Program-made: the position numbers and the translations under genes
The notes under the pieces: generated by a model
Databases searched by the model: none
Told to the model about the DNA's origin: nothing
Seen by the model: only the letters and a program-made list of their open reading frames with translations
Source of the DNA: Tubulanus polymorphus
Lineage: Eukaryota; Animalia; Nemertea
DNA length: 64,000 bases
Assembly: GCF_964204645.1 (NCBI RefSeq)
Contig: NC_134033.1
Coordinates: 10,548,655-10,612,654 of the forward strand
Reading direction: 5' to 3'
Part shown: piece by piece, positions 40,335 to 51,045 of the stretch
Layout: every line of letters starts with the position of its first letter
Numbering within the stretch: the stretch's first letter is position 1

Positions 40335-40865
40335 TTGTTCATGAAAATTACCAAGTCGAAACCTTACTCAAGAAAAAAAATTTTTCTGACTTTCTAGCTC
40401 AGGGCTGAAGATGACTATTAGAATCGAAACGTTGAATAAACTACTCACCCTAGGAAACATTTTTGACACTTTATATTCTTAGTGTGAAGGGATTTCATAT
40501 TATCTTCAAAGCACGCACTCAAGAGTGTTTCATCAATGGTTATGATGAGGACAACATCAGTGTTCCTGAAGATGACTGTTATGATAGAATCAAAAGCGCT
40601 GAATAAACTACTAGCTCACGGAATACAGTATTCATGAAAATGACTATTAGAATATAGACGAAACGTCGAATAAACTACTAGCTCACGGGATACAGTATTC
40701 CTGAAGATGACTATTAGGATATAGTCGAAACGTTGAATAAACTAGTTCAATGAATACAGTATTCCTGAAGATGACTATCAGATTATAGTCGAAACGATAA
40801 ATAAACCACTGGCTCAAGGAAACCTTTCAGAGCCATTTTATTCTTAGAGTGGGATTTTATATGAT
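40335..40865 (+). mobile_element. Tandem array of minimal type I hammerhead ribozyme repeats (retrozyme / Penelope-pLTR-like)
   Basis: Cores at 40405, 40566, 40634 (ATGAAAA variant), 40701 and 40765 (spacings 161, 68, 67, 64), each followed by GACTAT-like stem II, GAAAC-GTT/GTC-like motif and GAATAAAC-like sequence. Confidence 0.8.
40694..40743 (+). ncRNA. Best-preserved minimal type I hammerhead ribozyme
   Basis: Stem I TATTC (40696-40700)/GAATA (40735-40739); core CTGAAGA (40701-40707) plus T; stem II GACTAT/ATAGTC with loop TAGGAT; GAAA (40727-40730); loop-less palindromic stem III ACGT; cleavage triplet GUU, predicted cut after 40734. Confidence 0.75.
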
Positions 40866-41394
40866 TTTCACAGGGGCAGTGTTTCATAGTTCGAGATAGA
40901 ATAACCGTACCGTATAACATCAGTGTTCACCACGCACCACGCACTCGTATACGGGCGGATGGTGTCTACTAGAGACGCATGCAGGCGTGCGTGAATGCAG
41001 ATTTCCCGCGAGACCGAGTGAGAAATAGGTTTTAAATCCGCTAGAATCCTCGCTAAATCCTCGATAAATCTACCTTCAATCGCGCAAATGCGGCTAAATT
41101 GAAAAACAAAACCGACGGATAAGTAGCCGTAAAGACGTGATATGTTCATTAATCCCGCACAGCAGCGCAGCAGCAGTGGAGGCTGGGGAGGATAATGATA
41201 AGAAGATAGGGATGAGTTTATTAAACTTACTCGCGTTACTGTTACTGCTGTTGATGAGAAATCGTGATGGATGAAACCACAGCGGGTTCCAGTAAAACCC
41301 GGGACCCGCTCGTCTGGTACAATCATCGTAGACTCGTTTAAAATGGGCGCGGTCATTCTTATAGTTATCATCAAGTCCATTCTTAGATACGCCT

Positions 41395-41735
41395 CCATCC
41401 GAGGAGGTATGACCTGCTCCAAGAAGAGGCATGACGTACTCCAAGTAGATGTAGGACATCCTCCGATGATGTACAAGACATCCTCCAAGAGGTACGAAAT
41501 CCTCCAAAGATGTATGAGATATGATCCAAGTAGAGGTATGACTTCCACCAAGGGGTATGACATCCTACGAAGATGTGTATGAGACATCCTCCAAGTAGAG
41601 GTAAGACATCCTCCGATGATGTATAAAACATCCTCCCAGTTGGTATGACATCCTCCGAGGTTGTAGGGCATCCTCTAAGTATAGAAACGACATCCTCCAA
41701 GAAGAGGTACGGCATCCTCTAGTGGAGGTTCCTCT
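41395..41735. repeat. Degenerate ~21-bp tandem repeat (GACATCCTCCAAG..G.GGTAT)
   Basis: ACATCCTCC recurs more than 12 times; explains several overlapping ORFs. Confidence 0.85.
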
Positions 41736-41866
41736 AAAGTTTTCTATCGTTATCGCTGATTGGTCGAGTTGTACTAGCTGAAGAGTTGAAGCTCCCGACA
41801 ACAGAATAGAAAATACAGCGATATTAAAATCCCATGTATCGACCCGCTGTCTCTCTCCTCTCAGTT

Positions 41867-41906
41867 CATCCATTCATTCATTCATTCATTCATTCATTCA
41901 TTCATT
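41867..41906. repeat. (CATT)n microsatellite
   Basis: Direct reading. Confidence 0.95.
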
Positions 41907-42729
41907 TTTAATATCGGTTATAAAAACTGGGTTTTGTCTGGGATTATTGTTTACTATATAGTAAAATTGACCTCGGCTCAGAAAACGTATTCGGCACTGA
42001 ACAATGCATAGTATAGTATTATCGTCGTAACTAGAAGAATTACAAAACCGGCCGCCATTATTTGTACAGCATTCAAGCTATTGTTGTTATTAGTACATTT
42101 TTTATTGTAAGCCTTCACATTTTTCATTGTCACAGTACCGTCTCCTAACAATACTGTAGCGTCTCCTAACAATACTGTACGTTTCACATTCCGCTGTTAT
42201 ACAACAATACAACCACACTCGCGCGCACACATGCAGTAACAATGTGAGTATAGTTCGATTGTTAAGTTTGAATTGTTTGTATTTAACCTCATAACGGGAA
42301 TCACTTACTTTCCCTTTTGTTGTTACGAGTGGATTTTAAAAACACCGAATAAAACATTGACGGAACGCGTTAAAAGCGCGCGGTTTAATTTGTGAAGAAA
42401 AGAGCTGGGGCCAGTTCCACGAACACGTCACGGACTAGACATCTTAGACTAGACTATGCTCATTTGGCCCAGTCCGATGGTTGAGTCAACTCAAATTTTC
42501 ACCTCAATTCTCTGATTTGTATGATGTTTACTATCGTCACTCCGGTACAAAATAAAACATCGACGTGATAACGTAAAAAGCGGTTGAATTCGTGGATAGA
42601 GCAGAGGCCAGTTCCACATTATTTACACACGTCAACAAAATCTTGCTCGGTTATCATCCCTTATATATCAACTACGTACGATTAGGTATCTTTCAAGTTA
42701 ATGTGGCTCAAAATGGCGTTCTCAAGTGT

Positions 42730-43035
42730 CAAACTGGACCAAATGAGCATACGGTCTAGTCTCAACACTAGACCAAAATGAGCATATAGTCTCAACACTG
42801 GACCAAATGAGCATAGTCTCAACACTGGACCAAATGAGCATAGTCTCAACACTGGACCAAATGAGCACAGTCTCAATACTGGACCAAATGAGCATAGTCT
42901 AGTCCCAACACTAGACCGAGCATAATCTATTCTCAACACTAAACCAAATGAGCATAGTCTCAAAACTGAACCAAATGAGCATAGTCTCAACACTAGACCA
43001 AATGAGCATAGTCTAGTGTAAACACTAGACCAAAT
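42730..43035. repeat. 27-bp minisatellite (GGACCAAATGAGCATAGTCTCAACACT)n, ~10 copies
   Basis: Direct reading; an inverted unit at ~42450-42470 lies next to a GGCCAGTTCCAC TIR motif. Confidence 0.95.
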
Positions 43036-43843
43036 TTGGCTCGAGCCTGATCCGCGCCAATTTGACTCCGGGCCAAGCGATCGCGGCTTATCCGTTCCCT
43101 GTAAGCGTGTGTGTGTCTGAATTCATCAGAGCGTGGAGATTACTGCATTCGAGAATCGGGGCGCGTTTCAAAACTAAGCGGCGATTTGACAATTATTGAA
43201 CGAAATCTAAAGCGATTACGATCGGCAATGCGATACGCAATGAAACCGATATCGACGTAGATCGCACGCCCGCGGACAATAAATAAAGTAAGTATCATTA
43301 TCAATACGTAATGATAGTAAGATAGTGTTTATATCGCTGCAAGAGTTGTTGTGTGAGCTGTCGCCAACACGCGCGCAGTTTTCAGCTCGCTCCGGTTTAA
43401 AACCATCACGCGCATCATTAAACCGCATTCAACACGTAAAATCCACCTGTCACTGGTTTCTATAGACGCATAGCTGACCGCTGTCAAATAAACGCGCGCC
43501 AATCGAGACGATAAAGATGATGAGTTATTGTTCTTCGCGAATGAGTTTTCGCTGATGAATAGACGATTTCGGGCGTTAAATCTTAAATTTTACGTCGATT
43601 ATGGTTCGGTCTTCGGCATCGAATCATCGAAGTTGTCCTTGTCCAAGGCTGTTGGTCAAAACGGCTCCAGCGCGATTTAAGGAAACCGCGTCTCTAAATA
43701 AAATCTCGTTGTCCTGAGTTCTTGTTCAAAATTACTCGTCCTAGGTTCGAACACCGACAGAGTTCGATAGCGTGCTATAGTTATATAGCCCGCGTGTGAA
43801 CAGGAAAACGTCCGTTTTATAGGGACATAAGATAACACCAATG

Positions 43844-43942
43844 GGCCCAGTTTCACAAAAGGTTTAACTCTTAAATCGATCTAATTTCTTCATTGTTTCA
43901 GGTTATCGATTTAGGCCTTAATCCTTTTAGTAAAACTGGGCC
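43844..43942. mobile_element. PIF/Harbinger-like MITE (~100 bp)
   Basis: GGCCCAGTTTCACAAAAGG / CCTTTTAGTAAAACTGGGCC TIRs; right flank CAG. Confidence 0.75.
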
Positions 43943-43957
43943 CAGATTTGTACGAGA

Positions 43958-44056
43958 TAGATCCCACAATAATTCAGCCAAAGATGTAAAGTTCTTGATT
44001 AAGAGTCTATATTTAGAGCAACGTTTCGGCTAAAGAGTACTAGCCATCATCAAGCG
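43958..44056 (-). ncRNA. Diverged minimal hammerhead motif (second subfamily)
   Basis: rc TTGATGA-T-GGCTA-GTACTCTT-TAGCC-GAAA-CGTT-GC...TTATTGTGGGAT. Perfect 5-bp stem II of different sequence; core position 3 is U; stem I weak. Confidence 0.55.
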
Positions 44057-44764
44057 TATGCTACAGAATAGTTTGAAGGTTCATTAACATGAAATTGTAT
44101 TCCAAACTCGACGAGGACGTCTTTCGATATTCTAAGTCTGACATGAAATCCAGAATGTTCTTCGGTGAGGTAGAGAAAATAAATAGCGCGAAAACGATAA
44201 GTGAAATGTGTGCTGGTTCTATAACTCCAGGAACAGGAAGATGCCCGTTTTATAGAAACATAAAAAAACACCGGATTTACGATAAGCACGTTATCAGATG
44301 TTATCAGGTTCTGCAAATTTTTTTCTATGAATCGCAGTGGCCCGGATACACAACCTCGCTTGATACCCTAAACACGCGGCGCAGGCGCACTGACTCACTT
44401 CTGTATTGTTTGAAAATTGCGAGTTTAGCACGATTCCTCAAATTAAAACACATCTCATTATAAACGTACGGTATTAAATTATTGCGGCAAGAAAAAATTA
44501 TACGTCAACATAAATAATAGTCATCAACGACATTGAAAAAACGTGTCGCATTTTCAAACGTTGCGAGTTTCTTTTTTTTTTCTCGTGCGCGATAAATAAT
44601 TGAAAACCGCATCTGTTTCGCTACAGTAATCAACAGCTCGAACACAGTGGGAACACTAGTAAGTGACAGTCGGTTAGTTGACCTACTCAAACTAAAACAT
44701 TTCAAGTTTAAAACCCCAATCAGTTGCTTGCCGGTTCAGACTGGCCGGAAGATTGTTCGAATGA

Positions 44765-44985
44765 AACGAAACCGAATTTCCCTAATTATGTTCTCTGATT
44801 TTAACAGAAAATTCTCGACCGCCGATGACGCCACTATATTTGTAATTCGATTTATGATTTCAATATCAAACCCCCTGTTTTGCTCCCGGCAGGTGTGGTG
44901 GGTTTGTAAGGGACACCAGCAAATCAAACGAAATCAACACCAATCAAATAAACAACATAGGGTCAATTCCTATTTTAAGATAAAA
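44765..44985 (+). repeat. Dispersed repeat (unclassified)
   Basis: Homologous to 52960-53195 (AACCGAATTTCC.TAATTATG...CTGTTT.GCTCCCG.CAGGTGTG...CAAATAAACAACA..GGGTCAAT.CCT.ATTT.AAGATAA); 3' part also at ~8825-8862. Confidence 0.75.
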
Positions 44986-45449
44986 CGAAATCTACTATAT
45001 ACAACATTTCACAGATTGAAAGCTAATCTTATTTATGAAAAAAATAGAAAAGACATGCAACGTGTCGAAGTCTAGAGGTCATCGTCAGGTGTGAGGGACT
45101 AACTAAAAACGAGTTGTATGATGTAAAAGGGAAAACAGGTTAATTGAGTAAATTTAAGCGCTACGTATTTTCTGAAATATAACGCTTGACAAGTAAAAAA
45201 CATTGTAGATAAAGAACTTTTGAATATCTGAAGGAAAATGACCTTAAAGAGCTAATACCAGGCCTAGTATACCCAGATACCTTAGCTATTTAGGACTTCG
45301 GTCCACTCCACGCGGAGTCATAGTTCATATGAGTTAAGACGATAGGGATATCATCATCGTCATTACAGTACTAGACCACAAGGAATGTTATTCCTGGAAT
45401 CGTACGAAGTTACTTATAGGAAAAATATATAAACAGGAACAATTACCTG

Positions 45450-45570
45450 GGTCCAGTTACCTACACGAAAAGGTTTAAGCCTAAAACGGTAAAGTTTGAA
45501 TTGTTGTCCTCAATTGAAAATATGAAGTAACCAATAGAAGTTACACCAAAAATTCGAATAAAACTGGGCC
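45450..45570. mobile_element. PIF/Harbinger-like MITE (~120 bp)
   Basis: CTG|GGTCCAGTT ... AAACTGGGCC|CAG. Confidence 0.7.
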
Positions 45571-46329
45571 CAGGGCATGATTTCAAATTTTGGTTATAAA
45601 GATAATTTTTGCATTTTGTTTATCTTATATACTCGGCCACTGAGTATTCGAACAGAGAAGAGATCAAGGTTTGTGATATTTACTTCCTTTTTAAACAGCG
45701 TTCATTGGTGAATGCGTATTGATGACACACTTTAGAGAGAGGTGAGAGGGAGAGAGTGCGGGAGAGGAAGATGGAGATTGAGAGAGGGAGAAATGGAGAA
45801 AGAGAGAGAGAGAGAAATAGTAATGAGGTAGATATTCTGCCGATATATTGACGGATTAATATCTTATTATCACTGTTCGACACCTTGTAATCTGTAATGA
45901 CAACGCCTTAAGGCTGATGTACACCGTACACACGTACACAGAGACCCACACAACTAATCATTATCAGCAAGCGACGTGAATTCCTTACAGCATCAACTAC
46001 TGCCTTACAATCGTAATTATGAAATACTATTTTGAAATTGAAACAAAGAATGTGTTCATATTGTAACATTATCGGATTATTACTGAAAGGTTAATCTTTT
46101 CAACAGGGAAACTGTCCTAGTAGTACTGGGTTAAACTTGACTCAGAATATTGAAAATGTCTGCAGGCAAACTGAGCTATCAACTGCGGAACTGGTTCTGT
46201 AGTGCTTGCGTACGGAAATCTGCCGGATATTTACTAGAACTTGTTGGCTCAAAAGTTCCACAGTTTTCGATTTAAGTTGACCTTAAATTTATTCGTTTTC
46301 ATCGCTTTGACTTAGATAGTGGAATTAAA

Positions 46330-46985
46330 ACTTTGGAACTGGAAGCTGAAAGGGGTCAGATATTGTGGAACTAAGAGCTTGAAGGGGTCAGATACCATGG
46401 AACTGGGAGCTGGAAGGAATGGGTCAGATACCGTGGAACTAGGAGCTTGAAGGGGTCAGATACTGTGGAACTGGGAGCTGGAAGGGGTCAAATACTGTGG
46501 AACTGGGAGCTGGAAGGGGTCAGATACTGTGGAACTGGGAGCTGGAAGGGGTCAGATACTGTGGAACTGGGAGCTGGAAGGGGTCAGATACTGTGGAACT
46601 GGGAGCTGGAAGGGGTCAGATACTGTGGAACTGGGAGCTGGAAGGGGTCAGATACTGTGGAACTGGGAGCTGGAAGGGGTCAGATACTGTGGAACTGGGA
46701 GCTGGAAGGGGTCAGATACTGTGGAACTGGGAGCTGGAAGGGGTCAGATACTGTGGAACTGGGAGCTGGAAGGGGTTAGATATTGAGGAACTTGGAGCTG
46801 GAAGGGGTCAGATACTGTGGAACTGGGAGCTGGAAGGGGGCAGATACTGTGGAACTGGGAGCTGGAAGGGGTCAGATACTGTGGAACTGGGAGCTGGAAG
46901 GGGTCAGATACTGTGGAACTGGGAGCTGGAAGGGGTCAGATATTGAGGAACTTGGAGCTGGAAGGAGTCAGATACTGTGGAATTT
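46330..46985. repeat. 32-bp minisatellite (GTGGAACTGGGAGCTGGAAGGGGTCAGATACT)n, ~20 copies
   Basis: Highly homogeneous central copies; explains ORFs 46447-47043. Confidence 0.97.
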
Positions 46986-47094
46986 GAACGTTATATACGT
47001 AGAAGAATATACATCTCAAACGAGAATGGAAATTGAGATATAGCCCTAGCGCCTGAAAAATGGTCTTTCTCGAGAGAGACTTTGAAACAGCAGC

Positions 47095-47190
47095 AGAATC
47101 CCACAATAAAAAACGACCAATTCCGAAATCTGCTAATTTTGAATTTCTATTAGCTGCAACATTTCGACTAGTCACTCCCATCGTCAGTGG
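47095..47190 (-). ncRNA. Degenerate hammerhead-like motif (third subfamily)
   Basis: rc CTGACGA-T-GGGAGTGACTAGTC-GAAA-TGTT-GCAG...TTATTGTGGGATT. Stem II 5' arm disrupted. Confidence 0.4.
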
Positions 47191-48945
47191 CCAGTCGAAA
47201 TGTTGTGGCCAGTCAAAATGTGTACATTTCGGATTTTTACTCTTTATATGTCGGAGGTTCTATTTCAACACGCGTATTATGTACACTTTCTCATGAGTTC
47301 GAAGCGTTGTATACCCTGATTTAAGTTTTCAAATTTTGAATAATATGAATTTTGCTTTTAAATCGGTACATCAGTGAATCTGTACACACAGCATAATACA
47401 GAACGTTTTAATGTACTTTCAGGAAAAGGACTATTTCTCGACAACAAAAAAACTACTAATGCTGTGTAGTCAAAGTGTTGTAGTCAAGTAATGCGACTGA
47501 AATACTCGACCGCATCGTATCAAACGCCTTTGTAAGATCAACAAAAACAAAAGACCAAAAGTAGTAAAAGTGGCATAGAGCGGTTCTCTCTCTCCCGTAC
47601 TCTCATATTCTCCCAGCAGGCGATACTTAATACCCTTTTATAACGGTCATATTTCACTGTGATTTTACAATATGCAACCGCCATGAAGTGCAAGTCGTTT
47701 GAAGGCACCGTATTAAAGCACGCGATTATAGAGACGAGGTGAGGTAGTGACAGTGGGTTCGAGTCCTGAATTCGATCTTGTGGATTAGTTTGATCATCCC
47801 GAACCTGTGTAAGATTAAATAGTGCATTTTACTGCAGGTTCGAATCCCGAATTTGTGAATATCTTATAATGCATGCATATTTTGCCATATTTACCCGTAT
47901 TTATGAAGAATTAATAGCTTGTCGTTCTGCGGGTTCGAATCCCTAAATTCATACAGATTTCGTAAGCTCTTTTGTGCGGCACAAATGCTAGATAAACTCC
48001 GTTCAAAATCGCTAATTACTACAGACACCAGTAGGCTTAGATGTGGTTCATTGTCATATTGTCGTGATATTGTTATCCCCTCAGGGTCTGTAAGACCACC
48101 CCCCTTAGTCAGTACGTCTAGTTGGGAGATAGAGAATCTACTGCTTTACGACGCGCAGTTACCGGAGCACCGGCTTACAACAGTTCAACACAGACAATCG
48201 TATAATGATCATTAATGCGATATCATGTTTTATCGGATCAGCTTTTCGTGGTATATATACATATATTTTTTCAGAGAGAAGGGGGGAACTTGACGGTGAC
48301 ATCTGTCGCCAGTAACAACGCTCAAATACATCACAACCAAATGGCGTTAATTTCAATAATAAGAACCGTTATCGTTTAAACCAGTTGCGACATAACGTAC
48401 CGTGAAAAAAATACAGTTAACGCGAAGTCCAATTTTGAAAAAGACTCTGAGGATCAAATTCCCAGTCTCTTGTATTTAGCCACCATAACATTATACAAAC
48501 GCCGTCAGCGGAAAGTTCATCGCAACCTAGTTATAAATGAAAAACAAACATGGCCGACAATAGATCACCGGAAGTGAACTATAAAGACAAACGTCCATGA
48601 TCAGAATGGGGAGCGATGTTTACGCCGGTGACCGGGGTCAATTAATGGACAATAGAGCGAATTTACTCTGAGACCTTCAGGTTCACAGGTGCCGGACATG
48701 TTAGCGATGATGGAACCAGTGTATATAGGAGATAATGTATAAATATTGACTGACGATGATCCGTATCGATTGTGTTCCGGTCGGTAGTGTGTCTACACGC
48801 AGTCCAGCTGAATTATAATCACATCATTGTTTAATCACAAATTAGCACAATGATGACTTGATTCGGCTTCAAAAGTAGAATACACCAGGCAGGTTTTACT
48901 TAAGATGAGGTAGAACTTCGTACTGTGTTGCAAATGAATAATAAT

Positions 48946-49150
48946 AAGTCCCACAATCAAAAAGACGTGAAAAAATCAAATATCAAAAAATGAAATCCGA
49001 ATTTTCGGTTTCTGCACTGAAATTCCGTGAAATTTAATTCAAAATGGTCTTTAGTGGATGGAAATCGAAAATTCGGATTCTATATTAAATTTTGCATTAG
49101 ATTTTGACATTTTGATATTTCAACTTTTCGGCTTTCTGATTGTGGGACTT
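48946..49150. mobile_element. Fold-back MITE (~205 bp)
   Basis: Perfect 14-bp TIR AAGTCCCACAATCA/TGATTGTGGGACTT plus an internal inverted pair ATCCGAATTTTCGGTTT/AAATCGAAAATTCGGAT. Confidence 0.8.
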
Positions 49151-50282
49151 TGATCACCGTTCTACTAATGTATAATTTTCATTTGCTGTAACCTTTATTT
49201 TTCTTATATATATATTCACATATAATGGTAAATACAGTTCTTGTTAAAACTCATAAATCTCAATATAACCAGTGAAATTGTGCAGTCTGGATGAACCATC
49301 GTTTTTATATCCATTTTACGTTGTATTGATGGATTGTTAGAACGTCTTCTTTTTTCATGTTGAAATAGCAAAAATATATTGGATTCGTCTTCTATTGAAT
49401 GTCTATTTTTCATTCCATTAACCTGCTTTTTAGAATATACTCAGTCTGAATGAACGATCGTTTTTCCTATCCATGCAACGCTGTTTTTAAAAATTGACAA
49501 AAAATCGTCTTTTACTCAAGATGCAACGGAGAAAAGAGACTCCATTTTATGAACTAAATCAATTCTAACGATATGTTTCCATGTCTTCAAATCGTGATTT
49601 GGATAATTTGAAAAATTTCAGTACGGTCACATACTAGCCGAATTATTTCTACTTTTGAAATGAAATTATTCTAGTAATTTCGTAGTGTGATTCTTATGTG
49701 GCGAATCCGATCCGTTCTAACTGTCGATTCGAGTTTTAAATTAACGCGACATTCGCAGCCTCGAGGAGTTTACACCAACCTCAAGCTGTTCGGCTATGTA
49801 ACATCTCCGGGGCGTAAATCAGTCAGACACCCCGGGGGGTGTTGTCTATCCCGGCGGCGACGGCGACGACGGCGGAGGGCTCCGGGATAATGAAAAGAAA
49901 ATTCCGTGTGTGTGGAAGATGACGAAACGCCGTTGATTGTAGTAATTCTTTAATGGCCAATTTGACGGAGTAACGACCGATTTGCGCTTAATTATGAATG
50001 TGCCACATTTAAGATCAATATCTTCCGCTAATAACAAGAGCTACAGCTACATACAATCGCACACAGACCATAAACGTATTATTAGATAATTATTATTATA
50101 TCTATTATTATCATCATTATCATGATCAGTAATTAGCGATTTAGTTGAAATATTTCGTATTCAGAATTATTATCAGATTATGATTCTGTATTTAACTATG
50201 TCATATTGACATAGTTCTCGTATCCAGCGAAACGTAATTCCGATTTATATCTTTTGAAGTTTCTTTGAGCTAGGGTAGTTCA

Positions 50283-51045
50283 TTTCATTTCAACATTTCG
50301 ACTACATCCTGATATTTAGTATTAGTGTTAGGATAAAAGTATATACTATATCAATATTTCAGTATTCCCGAAGATGAATGACAGTTAGCAATAAGTCGAA
50401 ACGTTGAATAAACTACTAGATAAAGGAAACATTTCAGACTCTTTTTATTCTTAGTATGCAGGGATTTCAGATCATCTTTAGACTCAGAGTGTTTCATTAT
50501 GTAATAGTTATTATGAGGAAACATCAATATTCCTGCTGACGAGTATAGAAACAATACATGAGGAAGATTGTTGAAACTTTGAATAAACTATTAGCTCAAG
50601 GAAACATTTCGGACTCTTCTTATTCTTAGAGTGCAGGGATTTTATATTATCTTTACAACGCGAACTCCGAGTGTTTCATCGATGGTTATAATGTGGACAT
50701 CGGGACCCAGTTCCACAGTTGTGAGTTAGAGTTGACTCTGAGTTAAAGTTAGTTCATTTTCAATGTTTTAACCCAGGGTCAAATCTTAACTCAGAACTGT
50801 GGAACTGGACCCTGTACTATTCCTGAAGATGATTATCAGAATAAAGTCGAAACGTTGAAAAAACTACACTGGCTCAATAAAACATTTCAGACTCTTTTTG
50901 TTATTCGTGTGCAGGGATTTTATATCATCTTAACAACACAAACTCGGGGCATTTCATCGATGGTTATAATCGAATGTAGTTTTTTACGAATGGTTATCAG
51001 AGTATTTTATCAATGGTTATGATGAGGACACAATCAGTACTGCTC
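50283..51045 (+). mobile_element. Second tandem array (~3.5 units) of the hammerhead repeat, preceded by an inverted half-copy
   Basis: GAAA cores at 50398, 50573 and 50849 (spacing 175, and 165 after removing an inserted MITE); CTGAAGA-T-GATTAT..AAAGTC-GAAACGTT at 50823-50856; inverted TCAACATTTCGACTACATCCTGATA at ~50290-50314. Confidence 0.8.
50704..50811. mobile_element. PIF/Harbinger-like MITE inserted in the hammerhead repeat
   Basis: GACCCAGTTCCACAGTT / AACTGTGGAACTGGACC TIRs, flanks CGG/CTG; interrupts host consensus CATCAG^TATTC. Confidence 0.85.

Noticed and set aside
40868-41873. Longest ORF (267 aa) and overlapping ORFs as genes
   Set aside because: Largely a translation of a degenerate ~21-bp repeat; no recognisable domain.
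44050-44463. ORFs next to the 44.0-kb hammerhead as a Penelope RT/GIY-YIG remnant
   Set aside because: No RT or GIY-YIG motifs recognisable in the frames I read.
46330-46985. 32-bp array (and the 20/27/47/60-bp arrays) as CRISPR arrays
   Set aside because: Head-to-tail repeats without unique spacers, no cas genes, eukaryotic context.
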